In this document: positions 46,801-56,733 of the stretch, in pieces
How positions within the stretch are numbered: position 1 is the first letter of the stretch
How the letters are laid out: every line of letters begins with the position of its first letter
NCBI RefSeq assembly: GCF_964188315.1
Contig: NC_135667.1
Coordinates: forward strand, 11,780,001-11,844,000
Source: Podarcis muralis
Lineage: Eukaryota
Direction of reading: 5' to 3'
Length of the DNA stretch: 64,000 nucleotides
Position numbers and translations under genes: made by a program
The notes under the pieces: generated by a model
The model's database searches: none
What the model was told of the DNA's origin: nothing
The model's input: the letters and a program-made list of their open reading frames with translations, nothing else

Positions 46801-48252
46801 TTAGGTTACAGACTCCGCTAACCCTGAAGTAGTACCTCAGGTTAAGAACTTTACCTCAGGATGAGAACAGAAATCGTGCAGTGGCAGCTGGAAGCCCCAT
46901 TAGCTAAAGTGGTACCTCAAGTTAAGAACAGTTTCAGGTTAAGAACAGACCTCCAGAATGTATTAAGTTCTTAACCAGAGGTAAGGTAAAAGGTAAAGGT
47001 ACCCCTGCCCATACGGGCCAGTCTTGACAGACTCTGGGGTTGTGCGCCCATCTCACTCAAGACGCCGAGGGCCAGCGCTGTCCGGAGACACTGTGGCCAG
47101 CGTGACAAAGCTGCATCTGGCGAGCCAGCGCAGTACACACGGAAACACCATTTACCTTCCCGCCAGTAAGCGGTCCCTATTTATCTACTTGCACCCGGGG
47201 GTGCTTTCGAACTGCTAGGTTGGCAGGCGCTGGGACCGAGCAATGGGAGCGCACCCCGCCGCGGGGATTCGAACCGCCGACCTTTCGATCGGCAAGCCCT
47301 AGGCACTGAGGCTTTTACCCACAGCGCCACCCCACTCTACTAAACATGTGATTCTAAAACATATGCACTTAATCATTTAATTCATTTGTACTCCATTTGC
47401 ACTTGATTTCCCTCCCCTTCTTACTTGGGTCCTCTATTTATTTATTTTTAGTTGAATGCCCAACATAACATATCTATATATTTGGTAACCTACTTTTCCT
47501 CTATATTTTAATAATTTTTCTTACAGGAGTTATTCTAAACCAGTCAAAAATTTTAATTCTCCACAATGGTCTTTTAGATACTGTTTAAATATATTCCAAT
47601 CATTTCTGAATTTGTGTTTCATTGGATCTCTTATCTGCCCTGTCAGTTTATCCATCTCAGCGTACTCCATCAATTTAATCAGCCAATCTTTCTTTGTCAG
47701 TAAGATCTTCGCTTTCCAATTCTGAGCGATCAAACCTCTTGCTGCCGTGGTGGCACACATGAACACTTTCTTTAGGTCTCTTGGAATCTCACTCCCAATA
47801 ATCCCTAAAAGGAATGCTTCAGGCTTTTGGGGAAATGAAATTTTGAACATCTTTTTTAATTCATTATAAATTAAGCTTTAGGAACATTTCATTGTCTGCA
47901 TGAACAATGGTTTCTTGCCAATATGCCCACATTTATTCACTCACTCACTCATGGGTCAGCAGTCATGAAAACAGAAGGAATTACCAAAGTATAGAGAAAG
48001 TTCAAATCTAGGGGGTGGAATCATATCTTACAGTGGAACATCAATCTGCTCCTGAGATGGGGGTTTCTGGAAGTCAACGCCGGGTACAAGATAATAGATA
48101 TAAGACACAATCCCACCAATTAGAATTTCACCTGGCTGGTGCCACTCATGTGGAACATGAACAAGATCATTCGCAGCACACATAACATTGTGCGCTTTGC
48201 ACACTACGTGAGGAAACACCGCCACAAGAACCATGAACACCACAGTCACCAT
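32817..48252 (-). CDS. V2R gene D, complete 6-exon gene, 877 aa, with a Copia insertion in intron 3
   Basis: Exons 48252-48032, 46235-45944, 43002-42139, 37377-37150, 35162-35036, 33718-32817 total 2634 nt in frame, all GT-AG. Confidence 0.95.
34130..34580 (+). mobile_element. Possible solo LTR
   Basis: CTATATAAGG TATA-like box and downstream AATAAA; boundaries unclear. Confidence 0.3.
35036..35162 (-). CDS. V2R gene D exon 5
   Basis: 127 bp; [14 protein letters not shown]...[12 protein letters not shown]. Confidence 0.94.
35270..35685 (+). mobile_element. LTR-like repeat (Ngaro/DIRS-like family), copy 1, partial
   Basis: Shares the block GCCACTTGGTTTT...AATCGTCACAACTTTGTAAGGTTTGG(C/A)GGTTAGGCA with three other copies. 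Confidence 0.65.
35715..36200 (+). mobile_element. L1 ORF2 3' end, degenerate
   Basis: KRPEGFLLG...MMEYAELA, homologous to the L1 at 52.7-54.7 kb. Confidence 0.75.
36192..36325. mobile_element. Palindromic hAT-like MITE
   Basis: gcggccctccagatg...catctggagggccgc. Confidence 0.75.
36875..37107. mobile_element. Tc1/mariner MITE
   Basis: TA|CAGTGGTATCTC...GAGGTACCACTG|TA. Confidence 0.88.
37150..37377 (-). CDS. V2R gene D exon 4
   Basis: 228 bp; [17 protein letters not shown]...HRDLTQ. Confidence 0.94.
38118..38366 (-). repeat. Copia 3' LTR
   Basis: Matches the 5' LTR; preceded by PPT AGAGGGGG (38367-38374). Confidence 0.96.
38426..41647 (-). CDS. Copia gag-pol polyprotein, 1073 aa, truncated within RT (no RNase H)
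   Basis: Zn knuckle [14 protein letters not shown]; protease WILDSGAT; integrase HHCC plus HSDLCGP/SDRGGEF/VAERK; [12 protein letters not shown] and YVDDLL; ends shortly after LGLEI. Confidence 0.95.
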   Translation of the reverse strand: MAGLGAGAQGGASYFPVEKLGESNYMSWSLQMQAFLKKEQCWTVIVNPPVKEEDEEVDEADQRLEDKAYANLILSLEKSQLSHVRDLETASEIWQALRAIHIRDTAGSKITLTRALYRARLSEGECVSTHLQRMRDLFSQLNELGEHFSEHRKVYIVLSSLPESWDNLVMTLEAIPESQLIMHFLTGRLLDEEERRHERKATTPHRNSRNGRQSSKRYATDEEQHPKEVVNHREEAAFTVRRCYRCGSTKHLVRQCTVSVGENTRQGRPAFAGKRGDRKSRVQYVSAAVRGTSHDDGQDWILDSGATNIFVKSAQTLVEKQPCKSVNVVLADGTVHESAGKGSVNINCLSTKFTNVLCVPSLENNLLSVTSLVKQGFKVTFSGSGCRIEKAGKVVTASLQNGLFVLKDQLVSESGACVKACNRALHDECQHLWHRRLGHANFRSIAKMPELSKGIKMKKFSVFLDCNTCKESKSKRGSYPESTRISKRPFALVHSDLCGPFAESEGGAKFFLVLVDDYSRYTWVYLLKHKSETGQLIKNWVNYIERQFPYKVTQLQSDRGGEFMSEALQVWLKKRGISHRKSCPFSPEENSVAERKIRSLQTMLDSMLCDSGLSRKYWGEGILCANYIQNRLFHSTINNTPHFLLYGKKPFLDHVKTFGCWAWVHIPKGQRRKGEPKAKKLRFVGYQTWSKGYRFALGRGRVVISRHAEFCEQDGWVRLHGNSEVVLSSDDTDKFVKSEEEKPQIKESSESDSDEDSGDEDPSTQSPKAEPISPEQDKSEGEDSSEGESVQVRRSQRNNKGVPPERFTIQEAKTVDVKKEPRDYEEVLKLPHQEIVRWKNAMKAEMKSLAEHNVFTIEPLPEGKKAVGCRWVYKIKHLADGDVKYKARLVAQGFTQRKGESFDETFSPTARSESVRLLLALAAQRGFKVNHFDIETAYLNANLQEEIFMNQAPGFEAGEQNSVYRLNKAIYGLKQSARNWSECLDNALKNLGFKRSLADNCLYTKGKGDKQELCLCYVDDLLYSTKGDKQVEKFAEQLRKEFKVRDLGPVKNYLGLEIQKTCTTGSKVGSCCV
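41838..41851 (-). promoter_or_regulatory. Copia primer-binding site (internal tRNAiMet / half-tRNA type)
   Basis: GGTTATGGGCCCAG directly after the LTR; complements the anticodon arm of initiator tRNA-Met (CTGGGCCCATAACC). Confidence 0.9.
41852..42100 (-). repeat. Copia 5' LTR
   Basis: TGTTAG...CCAACA; CTATAAAGG near 42015; AATAAA 41937-41942. Confidence 0.96.
42139..43002 (-). CDS. V2R gene D exon 3
   Basis: 864 bp; FSYGSF...FYRMVPNE...NVQPWQ. Confidence 0.95.
43370..43895 (+). mobile_element. Non-LTR retrotransposon 3' end with C-terminal Cys/His motif (RTE-X-like)
   Basis: [11 protein letters not shown]...RICVC...HFLLHC; AATAAA plus (GAT)n tail. Confidence 0.7.
44480..45450 (+). mobile_element. 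L1 ORF2 3' end, degenerate
   Basis: [14 protein letters not shown] and KKPEAFLLG motifs with stops; A-rich end. Confidence 0.8.
45944..46235 (-). CDS. V2R gene D exon 2
   Basis: 292 bp; [15 protein letters not shown]...LYKIPQ. Confidence 0.95.
46759..47338. mobile_element. Tc1/mariner MITE with a SINE inserted in its right TIR
   Basis: GAGGTA|SINE|CCACTCTA; homologous to the MITE at 19642. Confidence 0.75.
46984..47332 (-). mobile_element. Sauria SINE
   Basis: (AAAGGT)n tail and CACAGCGCCACC head on the minus strand. Confidence 0.88.
47345..47880 (-). mobile_element. L1 ORF2 3' end
   Basis: ORF 47530-47850 with KPEAFLLG...MEYAEM. Confidence 0.8.
48032..48252 (-). CDS. V2R gene D exon 1
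   Basis: [18 protein letters not shown]...[13 protein letters not shown]; phase-2 donor. Confidence 0.9.
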
Positions 48253-48295
48253 CCTTCTGATGTCAAAGCTGCATAGTTGATTTCCAAATGGTTCT

Positions 48296-48531
48296 CCAGT
48301 GTGGTGTAGTGGTTAAGAGTGGTAGACTCGTAATCTGGGGAACCAGGTTCGCGTCTCCGCTCCTCCACTTGCAGCTGCTGGGTGACCTTGGGCCAGTCAC
48401 ACTTCTTTGAAGTCTCTCAGCCCCACTCACCTCACAGAGTGTTTGTTGTGGGGGAGGAAGGGAAAGGAGAATGTTAGTCGCTTTGAGACTCCTTCGGGTA
48501 GTGATAAAGCGGGATATCAAATCCAAACTCT
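48296..48531 (+). mobile_element. Squam3-like SINE about 44 bp upstream of the gene D ATG (antisense)
   Basis: A/B-box tRNA head; near-identical to 21881-22131. Confidence 0.87.
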
Positions 48532-48680
48532 ATTCAATAAATTCAATTCATCCTACTTTAAAGAATGCACTTTAAATTTTAGCTGACTGCCAGCCAATGC
48601 ACTAGTTAAAGAGACTTGTGTCCACTTTTAGATTTACAATCTAAAGGATTTCTAATTCATTTCTGTATTTTAAGAACATT

Positions 48681-48748
48681 ATCTGAATGCTTGACTGATC
48701 TATACAGTGAAAGGGGGAAACTGACAGAGTTTGAAATGACATGGCCCT
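48681..48748 (-). promoter_or_regulatory. Candidate V2R promoter block upstream of gene D
   Basis: AGGGCCATGTCATT...CTCTGTCAGTTTCCCCCTT...TGTATAGATCA...TTCAGAT. Confidence 0.55.
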
Positions 48749-48964
48749 GCCGGCCCTTAGTCCCTACACTTGGGTGTATCTACCTCATTGGGGCTTTATA
48801 TTATTTCACTCACTTGCTTGTTTATTTCCCTCCCCCCCCCATGCCTCTGGGAGGAAACTCTGAGCTTTGGATTTGCCATTGAAATAATGACTGTAAGTTT
48901 GATAATTATAGAAGAGATAATAACTGCTGCAGTGTTTTGGGGCTTGGCATTCCATCAGTAGTAA

Positions 48965-49735
48965 CAGGGTTGCGTTTAGAGGCCCCCAAGCCGTTCCCCT
49001 GTAAATAACTTCACATAGACACATAATTTTAGTTTAAGTTATTGGGCAATAATTTAGGCCACAACTTTATTGATTACAGCAAAAGTGAGCGGTATTGGCT
49101 TAGGCATTGGCAACAGACTTTAACTGACTCCTGCCTCTCTGGCTGGTAGTCTGAAAGGGTGAACACCAAACCAGGGTGCAACATTGATGAAGATCAACCG
49201 AAACTCACCCCGGGGTTCCTGTTGTCCTGGCATGGGTCTAGCCTCTCTAGCAGATTTCGGACAAGATCCAGGACCCCCAGATTCCTTTACCGGAATACCC
49301 TATTTCTGGAGGGGCAGGTGATGGCTGCACCTCCCCTCCCCACACATTGCTGATCCAATGCCTAACCGCCAAACCTTACAAAGTTGTGACGATTGCTAAG
49401 GGGATAGGTGAAAACCAAGTGGCTACAGCCAATCTGCCAAGTGGAACCCTAACCCTACCCAGCCCCTGTTCCAAAACAGGTGACCTAATCCAAAGCAAGG
49501 CCAAAGAGCACAACCTAAAATTAGGGAGGGAGGGTGTTCGGCAGCACGAAGCAAGTATCCCCTATTACATCATGCTACTGCTTTTATATGCCCCAGGAAT
49601 CATGCCATACATCCAGATTGGTCCAAACAGCCAGGCATGATCTCAGGGCCCAACTGTTAAGGCTTGGGCCATGCCCAACAAGAACTCACCCTGTGGGGGT
49701 GCCTTAAGGGCCCGAGCGCAACCAGGACCCACGTT
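48965..49735 (-). mobile_element. LTR-like repeat (Ngaro/DIRS-like), copy 2
   Basis: On the minus strand CCAAT, then TATAAAA (49582-49588), the shared block, and AATAAAGTTGTGGCC (49066-49071). Confidence 0.7.
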
Positions 49736-50594
49736 AAGGAGGATCCCATTTACTGTATCAACAGCTGACATAACCATGTTTGTGAAATGTCAACATAACT
49801 TTCTGCTGCTCCACAGTGAGACTACCCACTGTGGTCACCACAGTGGTGATGAGCTCTGAATGATAAACTTAGACAGAAAGCACCCTTGCTTAGAACACAA
49901 ATGGCAATATTGTGATAGGCATTCTCATACCCCAAATCCCATGTCCAGTCCAAAATCCCTCTCTACTTTACTGCTTGGATTGTTGCATGCTGACATGACA
50001 GGAAGTGCATTTGTTTGTCCAAGTCCTTGTTCAGTTGACTGGTTACCACAACCAATGTACAAAATAGGATGTTCTTGCAGACTGGGTATTGCTTTAAAGT
50101 TACTGGGGAAAGATGGTTGGTCAAAATAAACTAATAAAAGCATTAGCACCCCAATCCCCTGAACATTTAGCTAGAGCACATTAAATGCCCACAATGTCCT
50201 TCTTCGTTTTTTCCCCCTGCTGAGATTATGCCACATTCTCCACAATGACCTGGAACTAGAATTATTTGTGAGATTGTGAGCAATGGTTTTGCTTTGTGAA
50301 AGGAGAGCGAAAGGAGGGGAGGAGGAAAATATTAGAAGGAAATTCTGCCAAGTTAAATTATTTTCTTAGGGAGAAAAAAGGGGGCTTCTGAGAATTTTGG
50401 GCTCAGTGCCACTCAGTGGTCTGTACTCTTCACCTAGATTATGTTACAAAATTATAAACTAGACTGGTTTTGTGCAAATTAAGCTGTCAGACAAGTATTT
50501 CAATATCCTGTATTGCAGGGCAGCAATGCAGCACAGCTACTCTTGCTGCTCCAACTGGGTGGATATGAGCTCTAGGTTGTATAAAGTAACTCCT

Positions 50595-51150
50595 GAATTT
50601 GTGTGTGAAGACCCCCGAACCACCCCCAAAATAAATCACAATAGACCCAGAATATTTGTTTAGGTTTTGGGCATTAATTTGGCCACAACTTTATTGATTA
50701 CAGTATATGAATGGTTGCTTAGGCATTGGTTCAGACTACCTGAACCTGCACTCAGGCAGAAACAGGACTGACAACTGGACACCACCAGAGGTCAGTAAGG
50801 GAAAACATACTGGAAGAGCACAGAGGTGGATTTCCATCTCTTAGTTCACCCCAGATGCTCCCAGGGAGTCTGGCATGGCCCACCCCTGATACAGGATCTG
50901 AGAGAGCAAATCGAGCCCCTGGGTTCCTTTAACAGAATTCCCTAGGAGCAGCAATGGAGGGGCAGGCTCAGCCAACCACTTCCCCTCCTCCAAACAATGA
51001 ACCAATGCCTAACCACCAACTTTACAAAGTTGTGACAATTTGCTACACGGTAGGCAAAAACCAAATGGCACCAGCCAATCAGTCAAGTGGCAAAATTCCT
51101 TCCTGGCCCCCGCTCCAAAAGCAGACAACCCCTAGAGAGGCATAGCCATT
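50595..51150 (-). mobile_element. LTR-like repeat (Ngaro/DIRS-like), copy 3
   Basis: Same shared blocks. Confidence 0.65.
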
Positions 51151-51159
51151 ATAAAGCAA

Positions 51160-51621
51160 TTAAAAAGGAGGATTTATTGCAAAAACAAACAGATAGCTCG
51201 GAGCGGCTCTAACAAAGCCTCTGGCATCATGATTCAAGATGACCCTTCTGAAGACTGCTTCTGGCTTGATCAGAAACAACTGAACTGTCACTTCTTACGT
51301 CTTTTGTTTTGCTTCCTATCTTGCAACCCTCCCATTCACCGAGACCTTGGACTGAAAGGGACAGCTCCTGCCTCTTCCCTATTCTCTGAGAGGCTGTCTC
51401 TTAACTGTTTCCTGCGTGTTTGTGCTTCCGGTGAGCTTTAACTGCATTCTAGCCTGCTGTCCATCCCTGTCTTATCAGCTTGCACGTCAAGGTCAGGAGG
51501 AGCCAGAATATGCAGCTGCCGGATTTCCTCTGTCTGACTAACATAAAAGCAGCCTCTCTGTTTCTGGCTGTTTTCTGCAGTTAGCTGCAAACTTTCGCTA
51601 GGAGCTTGCTCATTCCTGACA
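51160..51621 (-). mobile_element. Possible solo LTR
   Basis: Begins TGTCAGG on the minus strand; AATAAA near the other end. Confidence 0.4.
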
Positions 51622-51624
51622 AAC

Positions 51625-52255
51625 AGTATGATGCAGCAGCATAGAAAGACCTAATTCTATACTAGGCTGCATCAACAAATGTATAGGGTTCAGATCAAGG
51701 GAAGTAATAGTACCACTCTATTATGCCTTGCTCTGATCACACCTGGAATACTGTATCCAATTCTGGACACCACAATTGAAGAACAATTGTTGATAAGGTG
51801 GAGCATGTACAGAGCAGGGCAATCAAGGTGATCAAGGGTCTGGAAACCAAGCCTTAGGAGAAACAGTTGAATGGATTGTGTATATTTAGCCATAATATGT
51901 TTAATTTCCTTAGTGTATATAATTGCCATCTTCAAATATCTCAAGGGCTGTCACATGGAAGATGAAGCAAGCTTGTTTTCTGTTGCTCTGGAGGGTAGGA
52001 CCCAAACCAATGGATTCAAGTTACAAGAAAGGAGATTTCGCTACTAAACATCAGAAAAAAACTTTCTGCCAGTCAGAGCTGTTAGACAGTGAACAGGATT
52101 CCCTCAGGAAGTAGTTGACTCATCTTCCTTGGAGGTTTTAAAGCAGAGGTTAGATGTCCACCTGTCATGTGTGTTTTAGCTGAGATTCCTGCAATGCAGG
52201 GGTTGGGACTGGATGACCTTCAGGGTCTTTTCCAACTGTACCATCACATGTTCTA
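51625..52255 (+). mobile_element. CR1 LINE 3' end
   Basis: HLEYCIQFW motif and a CR1 3' UTR. Confidence 0.85.
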
Positions 52256-52691
52256 TATTATTTAATTGAAATAAATCGAGCAGAGCAATACAATTTAAAA
52301 AAAGGTATAAAAATACATAAAAGAAATATATCGGAAAGAGATTTAAATTAGATAAGTTGAGTACTTAAGAGCATTAGGAAGACCCAATTTCATGTTGTAC
52401 CATGGAGAGTGAAACCTGTGAGTCTATATTTCTTGTGTTTTGTACATGATAAAATCCCACCAAAAGCACAGAGTTTTTCACAATCTTCACAGCCTTTGGC
52501 AACATATTATTGAGGGGTGAATTTTTCAGCTAGTGCTAAGCTACACATATTTTCATACTGGAGCAGGTTGCAAGTACTGCAAGGTTTTCCATATTTTGAC
52601 AACTAAAATTCTGGCAGTAAGCAACATCTATATCAAGAGAACATGAAAGCTGAACCCTTCCCAAACAAACAAACCTTAAAACATTTTGAAA

Positions 52692-54719
52692 TTTATAATG
52701 ATATTAGAAGTAATTGCAAACAAGATAAGAGATACATCAGAGATAAGAGGAATCAGAATTGGGGTAAAAGAATTTAAACTGAAAGCATACGCAGACGACC
52801 TGGTAATTTCAGTTGAGGATCCCATACAGAGCATGGACAAAGTTCTGACACTTCTAGAGGAATTTGGGAAAGTGGCGGGCTTTAAGTTAAATAGAAACAA
52901 AACTAAAATGATGGTTAAGAACATGGGAGCAGATCTAAGGAGACAGTTAGAACATCAATCGGGAATTAAAGAAGTAAAAAAGATAAAATATCTAGGAGTA
53001 TGGCTGACGATGAAAAGTATAAATTTAATGGCTGATAACTACACTAATACCTGGAAGGAAATACAAAAGGAACTAGATATTTGGAACAGGATTAAACTCT
53101 CCTGGTCAGGCAGAATGGCTGCGATTAAGATGTGCATACTACCGAAACTCTTATTTTTATTCCAAAATGTCCCAGTGATTAGAGGAAGTGCAATATTTAA
53201 AAATTGGCAAAAAATCTTATCCAAATTTATATGGCAAGGTAAAAGACCAAGAATTAGATTTAAATTATTAACGGATAGAAAAGATAGAGGAGGTTTCTCG
53301 GTCCCAAATCTAAGACTGTATTATGAAGCCTCGTGCCTTTGTTGGCTCAAAGAATGGGTCACCTTAAAAAACACAGATCTGTTAGACCTAGAGGGCTTCG
53401 ATTTAAGATTTGGATGGCATGCTTATCTTTGGCAGAATAAGGAAAAGGTGCATAAAGGCTTCTCAAACCACATCATCAGAGGAGCACTTTTAGAGGTGTG
53501 GGAAAAGAACAAAAGACTACTGGAAAAAAACACCCCCTGGTGGCTATCGCCTATTGATATATTAACTGTTAAAAAAATAAATATAGAAGGTGAGAGACTG
53601 ACCTATGAAGATTTACTGGAAAGATCGGAAAGAGGATGGAAAATTAGACCCTATGAAGAGTTGAAGAGTAGACTGACAGGTTGGTTGCAGTACCACCAAA
53701 TTAATGCACTATGGAAGGAAGACAGAAAGATTGGAATGAATGAGAAAAAATCTAAATTCCAGGTAGAAATAATAGAAAGTAAAACTAAACTGCTATCTAA
53801 AATGTATACTCAACTGTTGGATTGGGACACCAAGGATGAAGAGGTCAAAGAAGTTATGGTAAAGTGGGCCATAGATATTGGATATAATTTGGATTTTGAA
53901 TAATGGACAAAGTTGTGGACTAAAGGAATGAAATTTACAGCCTGTACCGCCCTTAGAGAAAATATGGAAAAGATGATGTATCGTTGGTACATTACTCCTG
54001 TGAAACTGCAAAAAATGTACAAGAACGGGGACAGAAGGTGTTGGAAATGTAAATATAAAGAGGGAAGCTTCTATCACATGTGGTGGAAATGTGAAGAAGT
54101 TAAGAAATTTTGGGATTCCATTTATAATGAATTAAAGAAAATATTTAAATACACCTTTGTCAAAAAGACCGAAGCTTTCCTTTTGGGAATGATAGGAGAG
54201 GAGATTAAAAAGGAGGACTATGTAATATTTCAATATGCAACTGTAGCTGCCAGGATTTTATTAGCACAAAACTGGAAAACCCCAAATATCCCGACCGTGA
54301 AGGATTGGCAAATCAAATTGTTTGAGTATATGGAGTTGGCAAAAATGACGCAGAACATTAGACAGAAAAAAGGGAGAAAGTTTATTGATGAATGGTCTAG
54401 ATTTATAACATATATAGAAACAAATTCTAGAGATATAAAAATCACAGTAGGTGTAATATAACTCTTGCGACGCGTAGATATTTTATAATGAAAAACTGCA
54501 GATTGAATTTAATATACATATAACCCAAAACCGAGATGGAGGGAAGTCAATTGTTAATTGTGTGTAATGTTTGTGTGTTGGTTGGTTTGGGGGTTGTGAT
54601 TTGGTTGATGGTCTTGTTTGTTTTTGATATGTGAATGTTATGTTGTTGTTTGTTTGTTTGTTTGTTTTTTCCCTGTCATTGTCTGGTAATGAAAAATGAA
54701 TAAAAAAATAAGTAAAAAA
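52692..54719 (+). mobile_element. L1 LINE, 5'-truncated, young
   Basis: RT YADDL; CWKC...HMWWKC; one in-frame stop (53901-53903); poly(A); TSD AAAACATTTTGAAA; TT/AAAA target site. Confidence 0.95.
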
Positions 54720-54767
54720 AAAACATTTTGAAAGGTATCCACTATAATGATTTTAATAATTAGATTG

Positions 54768-55669
54768 TCACTTATTTCTCTTTTTTAGCTGCTCTTTTGA
54801 GTTGAGTTCAGGCTTGAGGACAATGATATAATATTTTGGGGAGAAGATACAACCCAAAATCCCAGCACTGGATGCCAAGATGGAGAAAATCTCTACAGCC
54901 ACTATGTATTTCCCTTTGCTGCTTAAGTAGGTTGGAACAAAAGAAAGCCACACACTGCAAAACACCAACATGCTGAAAGTGATAAATTTGGCTTCATTAA
55001 AAGTGTCCGGCAGCTTCCGAGCAAAGAAAGCCACAACGAAGCTGACAAGAGCCAGCAATCCCATGTAACCAAGAACAGAGTAGAACATGTTGGCTGAGCC
55101 TTCATTGCATTCCACTATGACTTCTTCAGGCAGAGAGTGCATGTCCAGATCCGGAAAAGGAGGGTCAGTACAGAGCCATACTATACAAATACTTGCCTGA
55201 ACAGAAGCACAACCAAGAACAATAGAGGTGGAAAATCTTGTCCCCACCCATTTCCTCATCTTGGATCCTGGTTTGGTGGCCATGAAAGCCAGAACCACAG
55301 TGAGGGTTTTAGCCAAAACAGAAGAAACAGCCACTGAGAAGATGATACCAAAGGCAGTTTGTCGTAGATTGCAGGTCAGTAACTGGGGGCGCCCTATGAA
55401 TAGCAAGGAGCAGAGGAAGCAGAGCAGGAGGGAGATGAGCAGGGTGTAGGTGAGATTCCGGTTGTTGGCTTTGACAATGGGAGTGTTTTGATGTTTGATG
55501 AAGATTCCAAACACCAATGCTGTAGTTGCAGAAAAAGCCAGAGCCAAAAGAGCCAAACTGATGCCTAAAGGTGCTTCATAAGATAAGAAGTTTTCTTTCT
55601 TGCTGATGCACTGGTTTCTCTCCTGGTTAGGATACCGATCTTCTTGGCACTGGAAGCAGTCATCCATAT
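54768..55669 (-). CDS. V2R gene E exon 6 (7TM)
   Basis: 902 bp; ORF 54768-55667. Confidence 0.96.
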
Positions 55670-56683
55670 CTTGCAGTATAAAGAAATCAGGATTATAGTT
55701 ATAGCATTTTGAGTCTCACTGAGATACAAATATTTATGGTATCGGATCAGGAAACTTTGAAAGCGCTCCTTGGATTAAGAACAGCTTCAGTTTAAGAACG
55801 GATTGTATTGTATTTGCATGGTAAATATAGTTCACAATGAAAAAATTGTATTGGGGAAAGAAGGAGGCAGTTAGTAATTGACTGTTGGTTGGTTATTCTC
55901 ACCCTGACCTAGCCACTGTGTTCCACGCGACGGTCACCTCCAGACTGGATTATTGTAACTCGTTCTACATGGGGCTGCCCTTGAGACTGACCCAGAAACT
56001 CCAGTGGATGCAGAATGCCGTGGCGAGACTCCTTACGGGGTCTTTGCTGCAAGATTGCATTCACCTGGTGCTATACCTGGCTCCCAGTGGAATACAGGGG
56101 CAGGTTTAAGGTGCTGGTTTTAACCTTTAAGCCCTATACGGCTTAGGACCCTCGTACCTACGGGGCCGCCTCTCCTGGTATGTCCCACAGAGGAACCTAC
56201 GGTCTTCAAACAAAAACATCTCGAAGGTCCCAGGCCACAGAGAGATTAGGCTGGCGTCAACTAGAGCCAGGGCTTTTTTGGCTGTGGCTCCGATCTGGTG
56301 GAACGCTCTGTCACAAGAGACTAGGGCCCTGCGGGACTTGACATCTTTCCGCAGGGCCTGCAAGACAGAGCTGTTCCACCAGGCCTTTGGTCAGGGAGCA
56401 GCCTGACACCCTCCTTTGGCAATCTTCACAGAACTTTAGCTTAATGGTTGCCATCAATTTGATTTTAATTCATTTTTATAATGAATTGTTCTTAGAATGT
56501 TGCACTATTTTATTGTTGTTAGCCGCCCTGAGCATGGCTTCGGCTGGGGAGGTTGGGATATAAATAAAATTTATTATTAAGGACAGGAAAGCTATGGATT
56601 ATTAGCTTATGCTCTACTATGAAGGAGTTTTTTTGGGGGGGAGAGAAAAAACCATCTTTTGGGTTTAAGGGACAGAATCACAT

Positions 56684-56733
<50 letters not shown>

